The translations under genes were made by a program, and so were the position numbers. Shown here one piece after another: positions 12,313 to 25,215 of a DNA stretch of 64,000 nucleotides. This DNA is from Octopus vulgaris (lineage: Eukaryota), in contig OX597825.1 of assembly GCA_951406725.2 (NCBI GenBank), positions 40,548,001 to 40,612,000 on the forward strand, written 5' to 3'. A model generated the notes under the pieces. The model did no database searches, had not been told where the DNA came from, and saw nothing but the letters and a program-made list of their open reading frames with translations. How positions within the stretch are numbered: the first letter of the stretch is position 1; every line of letters starts with the position of its first letter.

Positions 12313-12565
12313 TTCGATGAACCAAGTTGACTAGGACTAAACTGATTTATCATAACAAACTTAACCTGGAAAGTCTGAAACTCGAGTATCCGGTTATATA
12401 TTTTCTCTGGCGTTATTGTAGTTGTTCGATGAAAATATTTTTGTATTCGCCGCCCAGATACATCTTTGCCTTTATACATTCAGTGAGGCTTTACAATGGT
12501 ATCGTACTGCTATCGACTTCTATTTCCAGCAAACATTGGTATGTTCTTGTTCCACTAATTCTTAT
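12313..12565 (+). mobile_element. Hammerhead-bearing repeat, copy B (core mutated)
   Basis: TTCGATGAACCAAG-TTGACTA-GGACT..AGTCT-GAAA-CTCGAG-TA, followed by about 170 bp homologous to the reverse complement of 10290-10470. Confidence 0.7.
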
Positions 12566-12622
12566 ATATAATTCAACCTTTACGTTGCCTATTGCTTATA
12601 TATACAAAAACGATATACACAC

Positions 12623-12670
<48 letters not shown>

Positions 12671-12674
<4 letters not shown>

Positions 12675-13229
12675 CATAAGGGACTAAAGCCATCTGAATA
12701 TGGCTAGGGACAGGGCAGGGTGGTGGGGGTGTTACTGTTGCATTTAGCCCCAGGCGAACATCGACGTCACCAGAAAGGCTCGACACCGTCACGGTGCCCT
12801 TAACCTGCAAAGGGAGGTAATTCCCCGATGAAGCGGAAACCACACACGGACCATGGTTTCAAGGTGTATTGCCTATCATCGGCGTGTGGTAGGCCTCCGC
12901 TTCCTCGACGAATTCTCACTCTGCAGGATTTTCTTATATAGATTTTCAAGCAAAATACATTTGCTGATTTCGAAAATCTGTTCGAAAGCAATAATAATTC
13001 TCTAAAAGGGATATAGACAGTAACTGCTCGATAACATAAGGGACTAAAGCCATCTGAATATGGCTAGGGACAGGGCAGGGTGGTGGGGGTGTTACTGTTG
13101 CATTTAGCCCCAGGCGAACATCGACGTCACCAGAAAGGCTCGACACCGTCACGGTGCCCTTAACCTGCAAAGGGAGGTAATTCCCCGATGAAGCGGAAAC
13201 CACACACGGACCATGGTTTCAAGGTGTAT
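12671..13229 (-). mobile_element. Retrozyme-like element: partial tandem of a 360-bp unit with a hammerhead ribozyme
   Basis: 199-bp direct repeats identical by eye (12671-12869 and 13031-13229), period exactly 360, (TA)n on both sides, non-coding. Confidence 0.8.
12843..12888 (-). ncRNA. Type I hammerhead ribozyme (CCGAUGA core variant), predicted cleavage between 12849 and 12848
   Basis: Minus strand reads cacacg-CCGATGA-t-agg-caataca-cct-t-GAAA-CCATGG-TC-cgtgtg. Stem I continues as an interrupted rod spanning about 12804-12928. Confidence 0.8.
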
Positions 13230-13315
13230 ATATATATATATATATACATAAATACATATAGATATATATATATACACATATGTATCCCTATACATACAAA
13301 CAGGTGTGTGAAGTT

Positions 13316-13500
13316 GCACAGCTCAGGGGTTAGAGCGTCGAGCTCACAATATCGAACTATAGAGTTCGATTCCCAGGTCGGGCTGTATGTTGTGTCCTGG
13401 AGCAAGTCATTTCATTGCACGCTGCACCAGTTCACTCAGCTGTAGTAATTAATTACGACGTCACTAGAGCCAAGCAGTATCGACTTTTGCTGTGCCTTGG
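13316..13500 (+). mobile_element. tRNA-derived SINE
   Basis: A box-like AGCTCAGGGGTTAGAGC, B box GAGTTCGATTCCC and GTGTCCTGGAGCAAG core. Same family as 62676 and 63765. Confidence 0.85.
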
Positions 13501-13514
13501 TGGGTACCTTTCTG

Positions 13515-13566
<52 letters not shown>

Positions 13567-14014
13567 CTACGAAGTGTTGAACAGTAAGAGTACAGGGAGA
13601 AAAGACGAAATCAGAGTAAACTGGAAATAGACGAGATCTAAACCAACTGGAAATTACCTTTGATATTGATCAATTTTGCTGGCGCCAGTACTTTCATTAA
13701 GCTACTGTGAAAAAGCTAGCGTATGTGTGGTGTGACAAAAGCAAGCAAGAAATTATATAAATACAACAGACAACGAATTATGCATATATAAAAACACGAC
13801 ACCTTACGGCTATATACATACGAAGAGAAACAAATAGTAATAATTATACACATGCCATAAATACAACAGAAACAAATTTACAGTTATCGAACGAACAAAG
13901 AGAAAATAGAGTAACTCCTAGAGGCCATGACAGACTTCCATAAGAGACTTACATATATATAGTTATACACATATCTATCCAACTATCTCTCTGTCTGTAA
14001 ATATATTTATTTAT

Positions 14015-14069
<55 letters not shown>

Positions 14070-14284
14070 GCAGGCACATACATGAACGCACATATACTTC
14101 CACACATACGACACACACGCACAACAAATACATACATGCACACATATATATATGCACATGCGTACGTACACTTCCACACTCACTCGCACATACACACACA
14201 CTTCTTTACACGCACACTCGCCACCAGGGACACACACACACACACCACCAGGCACACGTGCACACACATACAAATAGATACTAA

Positions 14285-14560
14285 CCATTTTTCACATTCT
14301 ACTGCCCTAGGAAGCATTTTCGCTTTGTCCATCTACTTCCGGTCATTTCAAAAATGTAACTATGCATGGACTGTTAGGGAGCTTTTGCTACTTCTTAGTT
14401 TTCTTTTGAACTTTCCAGTGTCTTCTGTTCCCGGAGAAGGGCTATGCTTGAAAAGTAAAACAACTACTCCTTCTTTCTGTCTCTGAGTGTCTCATTAATA
14501 CATTACATGTACTACGTCCTCCCATTGTTTTTTCTTCGTCGTTCTTTAAATTAACTATAC
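14285..14560 (+). mobile_element. Possible PLE 3' remnant with eroded minimal hammerhead
   Basis: 14431-14460 CCGGAGAAGGGCTATGCTTGAAAAGTAAAA resembles CTGAAGA-GGGCTATGCTC-GAAACGTA but carries several core mutations. Confidence 0.3.
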
Positions 14561-14703
14561 ATACTTAATATCTGTATGTATACGTTTGTGTGTGTGTGTG
14601 TATGTGTACTGCTTCGTGAATTTATGGAATAAGGTCCCATAAATCTCATCAATTTAGTTATAGATAGAGGGACAAGTTGTTAAAATATATAAGAAGTTTA
14701 ATT

Positions 14704-14804
14704 CTTGTTGACGACCGTTTCGTACAGAGATATATTAATAATAATATTGTAAATTCATGACTGAATTAAATTAAATTAAGTATCAACGTTCTCTTCAGGC
14801 CAGG
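14704..14804 (-). ncRNA. Hammerhead ribozyme in inverted pLTR (stem I decayed)
   Basis: Minus strand reads CTGAAGA-gaacg..long AT-rich loop..tgtac-GAAA-CGGTCG-TC. The plus-strand copy at 18930 has CTGAAGA-gtacg, which restores stem II. Confidence 0.65.
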
Positions 14805-15629
14805 AAGTAGAATCCATAATACAAGAAACTTGAGAAGGAATATAGCAGAAAAATTGGATCTAGTAGATTCATATTATTTGAAGATATATGTAAAGATATA
14901 TCACAGATGTTCCCTCTATGGATGAGTATGGAAATTAGAAAATTTAACTCCAAATATGTAACATAGGTCAAATAAGTATTAGATATATCCAATGGAAAAG
15001 ACACTCCTAGGTTTGAATTCAAATATAAATTAACCACAACCAAAATTTTACAAACAAAAAGAATAAAATATATTTGAGTAATTTCCACCTTCTTAACCAC
15101 ACTAAAATTAATAAACCTATGAATACTGACAAAAAACACCAACACTTTATAATTAGAGATAAAAATAAGAACTCTAAGCCAATAAACAGAAACAATAAGA
15201 ACAATCTAAATGTGCCAAATTCTTTCAATAACATACATAACCATAGAACTCGATAATCATGGGAACATTATAGCAAAAAAGAAACTGATACCTTGTATGA
15301 GAATAGCTGACACTCTAAACACAATACAGCCCTTCAATAGAGCAACAAAAAATAATACTACTTGGATTATAATCCTTTTTACCAAACTTTTAAAATCAAA
15401 CTTTATTAGATCCCATAGACTGTTAGTTTTCGGAGCACTGCATCCTTCAAAACTTGCATGCTTCCTGAGATTCGCCAACACTACACCTGATTTTCTCCCC
15501 TCCATACATACGCAAGCATGTATCTGATTCATACGCTGTTCGCTTTCCAGACATTTGTACATTACTGCATATATTTTATGCGCACTTTTTGACAAGTTGT
15601 GGTGCACCTGAGCACTGTATACAATAATT

Positions 15630-15849
<220 letters not shown>

Positions 15850-16512
15850 ACGAGACCAAAACTGAATACATAAACAAGTGCCTGTTCAACAGTGATTGCA
15901 TCATCCACACTCTCAACAGTGCGCCTTTAAATATGGTTTCTGATTATAAATATCGTGGGCCATACATATCATCATCTGGAAAAGACTTTCTAACTAGAAA
16001 GGCTATGGCCTGGTCAGCCTGTAATGACATGCGTAAGATCTGGTCATCAAATCTAAGTAGAGACTTCAAACTTGAAATATTCAAAGCCAAAGTTGAACCA
16101 ATTCTACTATATGGCTCAGAAACCTGGACGTTATCAAAGAAGCTTGAGAGGCGGTTGGATGGAACCTACTCTCGCCTCCTTATGAGAGCTCAAAATCTGT
16201 CGTGGAAACGCCATCCAACCAAAATGCAAATATATGGGAAATTACCACCTGTGTCATTTCTTGTGAAAGGTAGGAGAGTCTAGTTTGCTGGACATTGTTG
16301 TAGAGCTGAAAAAGAAGTAATTTCTACTCTTCTCCTCTGGAAGCCATCTACTCGCAATACCAGAGGGCGCACACTCTCCTACCCTGATGTAATCTCTAGG
16401 GATACAGGCATCCAGCAACAGGACCCCCGTAATGCTATGATGGACCGTGAAGTCTGGCGTAACATAGTAAATTCCATTGTCTCGACCACGGTCGAACAAT
16501 GATGATGATGAT
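15850..16512 (+). mobile_element. 5'-truncated RTE-group LINE fragment
   Basis: DYKYRG..AWSACNDMRKIWSS..VEPILLYGSETWTL..RLDGTYSRLL, then FAGHCCR. Ends in a (GAT)n tail and sits in TAA repeats inside the PLE. Confidence 0.85.
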
Positions 16513-18982
16513 TAATAATAATAAAATCTTCAAAAACACTAAATTTGCTAAAATATTTAATAATAGAAAAATTCGATTTGAATTTTCAGTTTCTCCAAAT
16601 CACTTTAGGATGATTTCTTCTTTCAACAATAAGAAACTGTGATCTATTCTATTATAAAAATACTACGATAACTGTACCTAGTACTTCCAATAGTCTTACA
16701 CTTAGCAACAACAATACTGCTAATAACCATAACTATTATTCCAACAAAATATAGACATAACACCAGCACACCACCCACTAATCCAAATTGTAATTGTCGA
16801 GATCCAAATGCCCGTGAAGTAGATAGAAATTGTAAAATGAAAGAAGTTGTTTACCAAGCAACTATCATTATTCAGGACTCCTCTAGATATACGTTGGTTG
16901 CACACAAAACTCAATGAAATCGAGAATTTATAACGACAAATCGTCTTTTAGGTACCATCGAAAAGAGAAGTGTACAGGACGATCTAAAAATATTTGGCAC
17001 CTCAAAAGAAACAGTATTAATTTCTCGACCTCTTGGAAAATCATATCTTCTTCCTCCTCTTACAGAAATAAAAAAAAATTGTAGGTTATGTTTAGAGGAA
17101 AGCTATAATATAAGGAGAATGAATAAAAATCTGATTAATACTAGGGATGAAAATGTTTAATCATGTAAACACATGACCAAATTCCTATCCATCAATGAAA
17201 AATAATTCTTCACTCACCTGTTGCTTAGTTGTAAATTTAAAAAATATATCTATATATTGCCATTTCCTAGAGAATATAATTACTCATCATGTTCCCTTCA
17301 CATTACTATATCTTACAGTATCTTTGTACATTTTTCTTTAATATTTCCTTCTCACAAATGCATAACCCACCATATATAGGGCTATCTCATTATCTATCTC
17401 CCCCTTTTCGCTCTACATGTTTGGATAAAGGAAATTATATATTTCCTTAGTATGTAATATACCTATATTTTTTTGTATTTTATTTGCGTAATCTATCTAT
17501 AATTCCTTTTTCCACCTGTCAACATACACATTCTCGCTATTGCTGGTTTATGTTATTTGTTACTATACCTTATAATTATATATGTTTTACTGCTGAAATA
17601 TGCACACATGTATGCATATATAGTACTTCTTGGCGTCCTACATCTCTACGCCAATGTACGCACATGTAGGTATGGATCTTATATGTTATCTATGTGTGTA
17701 TATCTATAGATAAGTTAGATGTTTATATGTAGGTACTGACATGTATATTAATATGAACGTGTGTATCTGCGTATATGTGTATGTTTTGCCTACATATATA
17801 TACAATTTATTATGTGTGTGTATTACATGTGTGTATGCCTTTCTCTCTCTGAACTGGTATAGGTATATTTGTACTGTTTTTTTTAATGTATACCTCAATC
17901 ATACATCTAGAAGAATTCCTGTATCTATATATACTAATGTGCAAATATGTCTCTACTCACGTATGAGTAAATTTCTACACACACTTCTTATTATTAGATT
18001 ATATTCCCCCTATATTATGTGCAAATTTTCGTACACTTATGTGTATCCTTCTACTCGTACTTTTTCTTATATTCATACTGGCACTATATCTCTACAACTT
18101 GAATACCATTAAGACCTTACTACCATTACATATCCTTCTCACATAATACTCAGCTAGATTGTTAATTCTCAAATAATTTTTTTTCTATAACACATCTGCT
18201 GTATAACCTAACAAATCAATATCCTAAGTTTTCTTCATTTTTACTCTTCACTTTCTCCGCTCATGTATCTCCCCTACATTTATTTATTGTTCTAGTATAC
18301 CTATCTTTATTTCCAATTTCAATTTGATTCATTTCATCTTCATAGATCCATCAAGTACGTACTACTTTAATTGTAATATTAACAACTGTTTGGCTGTTTT
18401 TACTTTTTTAATGCTTTATCATTAATATGTATTACCTAATATGATTTTTTGTGCAAATAGGAGTCCCTTACATACATCATATTCTCTCTAACTCTTTCTT
18501 ATCCCTCTATTTCTCCTAACATTTGTTTATGTTAACTATCTAGCATCAGCTTCTTATATACCACATCCTCATGCTAAACTTTATTCATATGTATAGAAAT
18601 CTTTTTAAAAGTAGATTATACTACGTAACGATTTCAACGGTTCATATTTTAATTCAAACCCAGGAATGTCTTTTGATTGGATATTTCTAATATTTATTTA
18701 ATCTACGCTATTTATAGGGATTTAAATTTCTAATTTCTATTCTCATCAATAGAAATAAGAGTTATGATACATCTTTTCTCAAATAACCGTTGAAGCCACT
18801 TGTTATGTTTAAATACCCAACATGACTCACAGGTCTTTCTCATACGGATAAAAATATGAATCTACTAGATCCAATGTTTCTGTTATATTTCTTCTTAAGT
18901 TCCTTGTATCCTAGAGTCTACTTCCTGCACTGAAGAGTACGTTGATATTTAATTTATTTAATTTAATTTAATCATGAATTTA

Positions 18983-19029
<47 letters not shown>

Positions 19030-19033
<4 letters not shown>

Positions 19034-22000
19034 GATTGTCATTTACTTTTAATCTGCATGTTTGATGCAATCACTTGCCGGGGCACACCCAGCGCCCTAG
19101 GGCAAGTGAAGGTTAAGAGTTGTTGAAATATAGCTGAAAGCTTGGGGAGGGGAAGTAGAGAAATATCTCCATGTAATACAACACAAACATTTACATTCAT
19201 GTGGTTTTTCTAAGGATGTGGGCAGTACTTGTTAGCACAATCTTTTGGATTTCCTTGAGACATGGTTCTCCAGGGATTTTGTCTAGGTGTTTCTAACATC
19301 CCTTTTTTATCATACCTAGGGCACCTACAATAACAGGAACAGTTTTTGCTTTAAGATTCCACATCTTTTGTATTTCGATTTCCAGGTCCTTACATTTACT
19401 AAGTTTGTCAAATTCCTTTACAGATATATTTTTATCAGTGGGGACGCTCACCTCTATTAGTCTGCAGGTATTTTCTTCCCTGTCTTTAACAATTATGTCT
19501 GGTCGATTAGCCTTGATCATTCTGTCGGTGTTGACTGGAAAATCCCACAGGATGGTGACATTTTTACCTTCAACAACTGGCTGAGGATGGTGTTCGTACC
19601 AGTTAGCAAGAGTGCCGAATTTGTATTGTTTACATATCTTCCAGTGTATATACTGTCCTACCCTATCGTGGCGATTTGGTTAGGTGTCAGCACAGGACAT
19701 CCCGAAACGAGATGGTCTATTTTTTCGTCAAATGTGTCGAAGAATCTGCATTTAGGGTCAGTACCGTTTCGGAGAACGTCAGCCTGGTAATTTTTGGTAA
19801 ACAAGCTTTGATCTTGTGCTGCCAATATGAAGCCTTCAGTCTCTGCTTTCAATCCTGAACTCTTCAGCCACTAATGGGTCGTTGCTTGGTCTACATCAGC
19901 ATTTTGGCTTCGGAGAATATATTGACCATGCAGGGGCTTCTGGCTCCACCGCCTCTCAATTTGATTCTTCCCGTTCTTTTTTGCAGTCTGCTTGATTTGC
20001 TTTGCTTGCTTGGTAGCAGTGGTTTCCGGCTCTTCATCTGATTCAAGGTTAATGTCTAGTTCCCTTTCGAACTTATAATCTTCCTTGACAATGGAATGCA
20101 GCCTTTTGCTGCTTTTGTGTTCGCACACAAGTCGCAACATCCAGTCCTTTGTACTAGATAGGTACTTGTTCATTCCTACAGTGGAGGTCTAATAGCACAG
20201 CTCTAATTGCATCATTCCTCTTCCCCCGCTGCTTCTAGGTAGGTACAAGCGGTCTACATCTGCCTTAGGGTGGTGCATGTTCTTGGATGTCAGTAATTTT
20301 CTTGTCTTCCTGTCCAAGCGTTGGAGTTCCGTAAGGTTCCAGTTAATGATGTTAAAACTGTACTGGACTACTGGAAGTGCCAGGGTGTTAATGGCCTCAA
20401 TGCAATTCTTGAAGTTGAGTTCAGTCTTCAGTACAAGCTTTATTCTCCTATAGTATTCCTTTCTTATTTTTTCCTTCATAGTAGCATGATGTATACCATC
20501 TCCTTCGTTGATTCCTATGTATTTGTAACTTTCTTGTGGGTCAAGTTCCTTGATGGTAGTGTCAATATCTAATTTAACAGAAGCTGTTTGCCTGAGCTTG
20601 CTCCTTACAAAAGTAGCTTTAGCACACTTATCAAGGCCAAAGTCCATTCCGATATCATTGCTAACCTCTTTAACAGTTGTTAGCAGCTCCTCTAGCTCTT
20701 GGTCATCCCTGGCAAACAGCTTTAGGTCGTCCATATAGAAAAGGTGGTTTATTGACTTACTAAAAACTGTGTACCCATATCTGGTATTATCCAATTCGTT
20801 TGAGAGTGGGATCAGCGCCATGCAAAAAAGTAATGGAGAGAGGGAGTCACCTTGAAAGATGCCTCGTTTGATGTTGATGCGGTTGGACGGGCTCATCCCA
20901 TTACTATGGCTTAGAAAGAGACGTGTGTTCCACATGGTCATGCTATTCTGTAAGAATTTTGAGACGACAGGAGAGATCTTGTATATCTCAAGGGCCTTTA
21001 GTATCCATTTATGTGGGACACTGTCAAACGCTTTCCTGTAGTCTATTCATGCTATACTCAGATTTTTGTTTTTGCTCCGGCAATTCTCTACAATCATTCT
21101 GTTTATGAGCAATTGGTCTTTGCACCCATAAGAGTTTCTTTTACAACCTTTTTGAGCTTGCGGAAGGATAGAGTTTTGTTCAAGGAAAGCGTACATTCTC
21201 TCCGTTATTATGGATGTGAGGATTTTGAAGGTGGTGTTGAGACATGTTATTAGCCGGTAATTATTTGGGATTTTTGTGTCTTCGGTTTTAGGTAATAGGT
21301 AGGTGGTTCCTTCAGTCAGCCAAGCAAATATTTGCTCTGGGTTCTAAATGACATCAGACAGAGATGTAGCGAGATTTTCGTGTACTTCTGTCAAACAATT
21401 CAGCCAGAAGTTAGGGATCCGATCCAGTCTTAGGGTTTTCCATTTATGAGCCTTCCTAAGGACACACCTTAGCTCCTCTATTCCTATTGCTTCCCATTTC
21501 TGTTCTTCAAGTTCATCCAGTCTTTCTTTCTCACTTTCTATCCAGTCAGTCTCAGCATTAAACTCTTTTTCGTTGCTCCATACCTTCTTCCAGAACTCCT
21601 CCACTTCTTCAATCTTAGGTGGATTTTCTACGTGTATTTTATGTTTGCCAATTTCCCTATAAAATGTCTTTGCATCTGTCTTAAAAAATTTATTTTGTCG
21701 ATAAAATTTGTTTCTTTTGTCATACCTTCTAAGCCGTTGAACTTTCAACTGTATCCGTTGTTTGAACTGTTCCTTAGTTGCAAGGAGGTTTATGAGATTT
21801 TTGATTTTATATTTTTGCTTGATTTTTCTAGCTTTTCTCGACTTAATATTCACTCCTCTAGCAAGCTCATCGAGAACTGAAACATCCGCCCGCAGAGATT
21901 CAATCTCTTTTTGTATCGCTACTTTCCACTTAGGAGGTTCATTGACATGCCTGCCCTTTTTCTTTGTCATCTTAATACCTAGTTGGGTAGTTACTACTTT

Positions 22001-23230
22001 AGCAGTGGAATAGATGAAATTATTTAAGGTTGTCAGATCATTCCCCTTATTTCTTAAGATCTGTCCTAGGGTAACGTTATATGTCATGATTGTGTTGTTA
22101 TTCCTTGTGCCGTTTGAAAACTTTGGTAGCGGTTCTCTATTAACCATGTCAGTGATCTCAATCTTGCCGAGTTCTCTCATAATGTCCACTTTTGCTTCCA
22201 TAATCTTTTCTCTATTATTCACCTCAAATTCTATGCCATATCTATTTTGGTTTTCTTGAGGAAGGTCTACGTTCTCCTCTTTTTTCAAATCTCTCGTCTT
22301 CGCTATTCTTTGTTTAACTTCCCCATTTGGGAAGTTGATTTGCCGCTTGTACACTGGCTTCTGTTCTACTGTTACCTATTTCGTCTACATTGTTGATGTT
22401 TTCTTTTGGTCTACCATGAGCTATTAGTGTCCTAATTTGGTCAATTTCAGCGTCAGTTAGTCTTTTATTTTTTATTATATCTCTGCGTACATTACTTAAT
22501 TTATTTGCGTCTATATATCTACGTAATTCATTGCCTACTGAATTTCTCCATGAGATGTATGTTTGTACACTGAGGTTATTGTTTGGGTTTAGTTGGGCTG
22601 TATAAAAAGCTTTCAACACATCTCTATAGTCCTCTCTGGTCCATTTTATACGTTTTGCTTTAGGTGGCGTTTTTGGTGGTGTCACCACATGTCCAGAGTT
22701 AGAAGTATTCTGGTTCTGGTCACCTGGTAGATCGTCTTTTTGAGAGTTTGTTCCAGCAGCAAACTTTTCGACCCCAGTCTGGTTCCCTACTGGGTAACGC
22801 GATCCTTGTTGTCCCGGCCGATGACCGATCCGGCATGATTTTTGGCTTGTTTTCATTAAATGATTGACGGCGACATCAGAGGGGTCCATTTTTTCAGAGT
22901 CAACTTTTTGACAAGACGCCGCTTCTGTGACGGTGACGTTAGAAGAAGGGACTGTTTGTACAGGGTCAACTATTTGACAAGACACCGCTTCTGAATTCTC
23001 CGAATTAATATATTGGTCATATCGAACTCGCATGAGACTGACAGATCGAAATTCACCTCTATTTCTTTTGGTAGACATGTTTCCGGGCATAACTATTCAG
23101 TGACGTCCTAAATTCAGTAACCAATTTGCTCTTTTTTTGCGTTTGTTCGTGAAAAATCGCTTTGTTTTTGTTTTGTTTCGTCCGCGCAACGTGGTTTTTC
23201 TTTCTGTGTGTACGTGTGAGCGCGTGTAAG
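19030..23230 (-). mobile_element. R4/Dong-clade non-LTR retrotransposon (RT + CCHC + restriction-like endonuclease), near full length, disrupted
   Basis: ORF pieces 23090-22314, 22354-21344, 20941-20189 (KRGIFQGDSLSPLLF, HLFYMDDLKLF), ETEGFILAAQDQ..CRF..HLVSGC and RPDIIV..LIEVSVP..PVIVGALG. (TAA)n 3' tail. Confidence 0.92.
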
Positions 23231-23612
23231 CATTATTTATGCTTTATAATTAAAATGTGTACGTGTATGCATAAACAGTTGCATGTATACTTAATTGGCG
23301 ATCTTTCGTTTGTCGTAGCACGTTTCCGTCGATGATTTCCGTAAAAAACTTTTATTTTTTTACATATGGGCTTGCGGGAACATTTAAAGTAATGAGAGCG
23401 AAAGAGACTAAGAGAAAGCGATTTTATGACGAGGGAATTTCTTTTGAAGTTACCGAAGTATTGATGTACATGTGTGTGTGTGTGTCTTTGATGGGGTGTG
23501 GGAGACAGACAGTATGTTGTGTAAGTGAAGTGCTTCTGTTAGTGTGTGTGAAGAGACAGAGAGAGTAATGTGTGAAAGAGAGAGATAACTGAAATTTTTT
23601 ATTCGGTGTATG

Positions 23613-23812
23613 TGTATATGTATGTATGCATGTATGTGTGTGTATGTATGTATCTATGTATGTGTGTGTGTATGTATGTATGGCCGATTCAGTGTACACT
23701 GAATCGGCCATACATACATACATACACACATACATAGATACATACACACATACATACACACACACATACATAGATACATACATACACACACATACATGCA
23801 TACATATATATA
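23613..23812. repeat. Fold-back with a perfect spacerless palindrome at its centre
   Basis: TGGCCGATTCAGTGTACACTGAATCGGCCA at 23681-23710, perfect over 23669-23722, with TATG/CATA microsatellite arms beyond. Confidence 0.9.
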
Positions 23813-23893
23813 CGCAAGTACCAGTGTTATTATTGTGACACTATCACTAGATGTATCATTAATCAGCCCATGGGGAGGCTTCACCGGTCTCCA

Positions 23894-24056
<163 letters not shown>

Positions 24057-24459
24057 CTGATATCACTGATATTATTGTTTTTATGTCTAGTAGCAGCAGT
24101 GGTTGCAGCATCTGCAATACTAGCAGGGGTGGGGGTAGTAGTAAGGGTGTTAGTTTGGCCTCAGATTCCTGTGCTATCATAATAGTGGTATTATTGTAAT
24201 ATTTGTAGTCTTTGGTATTGGCAGGTGCAGCATATTATTTTTTTTCATTATCTCATCACCACTACCATTGTTATTATAGTTATTAATATGTCCCCTTATT
24301 ATTTCCACGTTTAATATTTCTACTGATAGGGGCAAAGACCTGATGTCTAAACTAGATCCAAGGCTATTTCATTAGAATTTCCACATCAGCTTTCTCTTTA
24401 TTTCTTAAGATGCCTAATGTTTCAATGTTTGTATTTAGATAGTATGTATGTATAAATTT

Positions 24460-24660
24460 TTATTCCTTTACTTGTTTCATTCATTACACCGCGTTCATCT
24501 CGAGGATTAAATAACTTTTACTGGAACGAATCGACGCCTGTATTTATTTTCTCTTTAAACTTTGTACTATCCCTATAAATTGTATTAATTCTGTAGAACA
24601 TAAGCACACTAACACCGGTTGTCAAACGGTGATGGGGACAATCACAGCTACAAAATCTCA
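24460..24660 (-). mobile_element. Diverged SINE 3' part
   Basis: TTTACTTGTTTCATTCATT...AACACCGGTTGTCAAACGGTGATGGGGACAA matches the tail family at 42500. Confidence 0.6.
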
Positions 24661-25173
24661 TACACATATATTACATATATATATATATATGAGTGTGAGT
24701 ATATGAGTACGCGCATGCGATAATTCTTGTGAACTTAACCAGGTATTAACTATGTATGCAAATTGTTCATACACATTACTTTCAGAGGAAAACTATATAT
24801 ATATAATATATTATCTTAAGAATCTAGATGTTAATATCTTCATGTGGCACTAGGTTCCGGACATCTTAGTAAAGCTGAAAGGCTGCCTTGTTAGCCTATT
24901 TATAACAAGTTTAATCAATTCTTGTCAACTGACCATAAACTCTAGCATAGATAAGGAAGTAGGCAATTTAATCACTTCTCTTTAAGAAGAGCATACATTA
25001 TCCCGATTGAGCGTGAAATAAAGATACCTGGATTTGGACTTTGACTATGTTGTAATCTTTGTTGTTTTAAGATAGTGCTGCTTCTTTCATAGAATTTCAT
25101 ACGTCGCCTCAGTATTGGTTGACGTAAGAAATGTCTAACAATCGATACATTTGGGAAATTTTTAATTCCAACA

Positions 25174-25215
<42 letters not shown>

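Noticed and set aside
12825-12866. Plus-strand hammerhead (CCGATGA-AGCG-GAAAC), which would make the 360-nt unit ambisense like a viroid
   Set aside because: Only 4 nt are available for stem II and no stem I pairing exists. The sequence is explained as the complement within the minus-strand rod.
12589-13203. Duplicated 84/85-aa ORFs, or an LTR/TRIM interpretation of the direct repeats
   Set aside because: The ORFs run into (TA)n and have no recognisable domain. There are no TG..CA ends, PBS or PPT.
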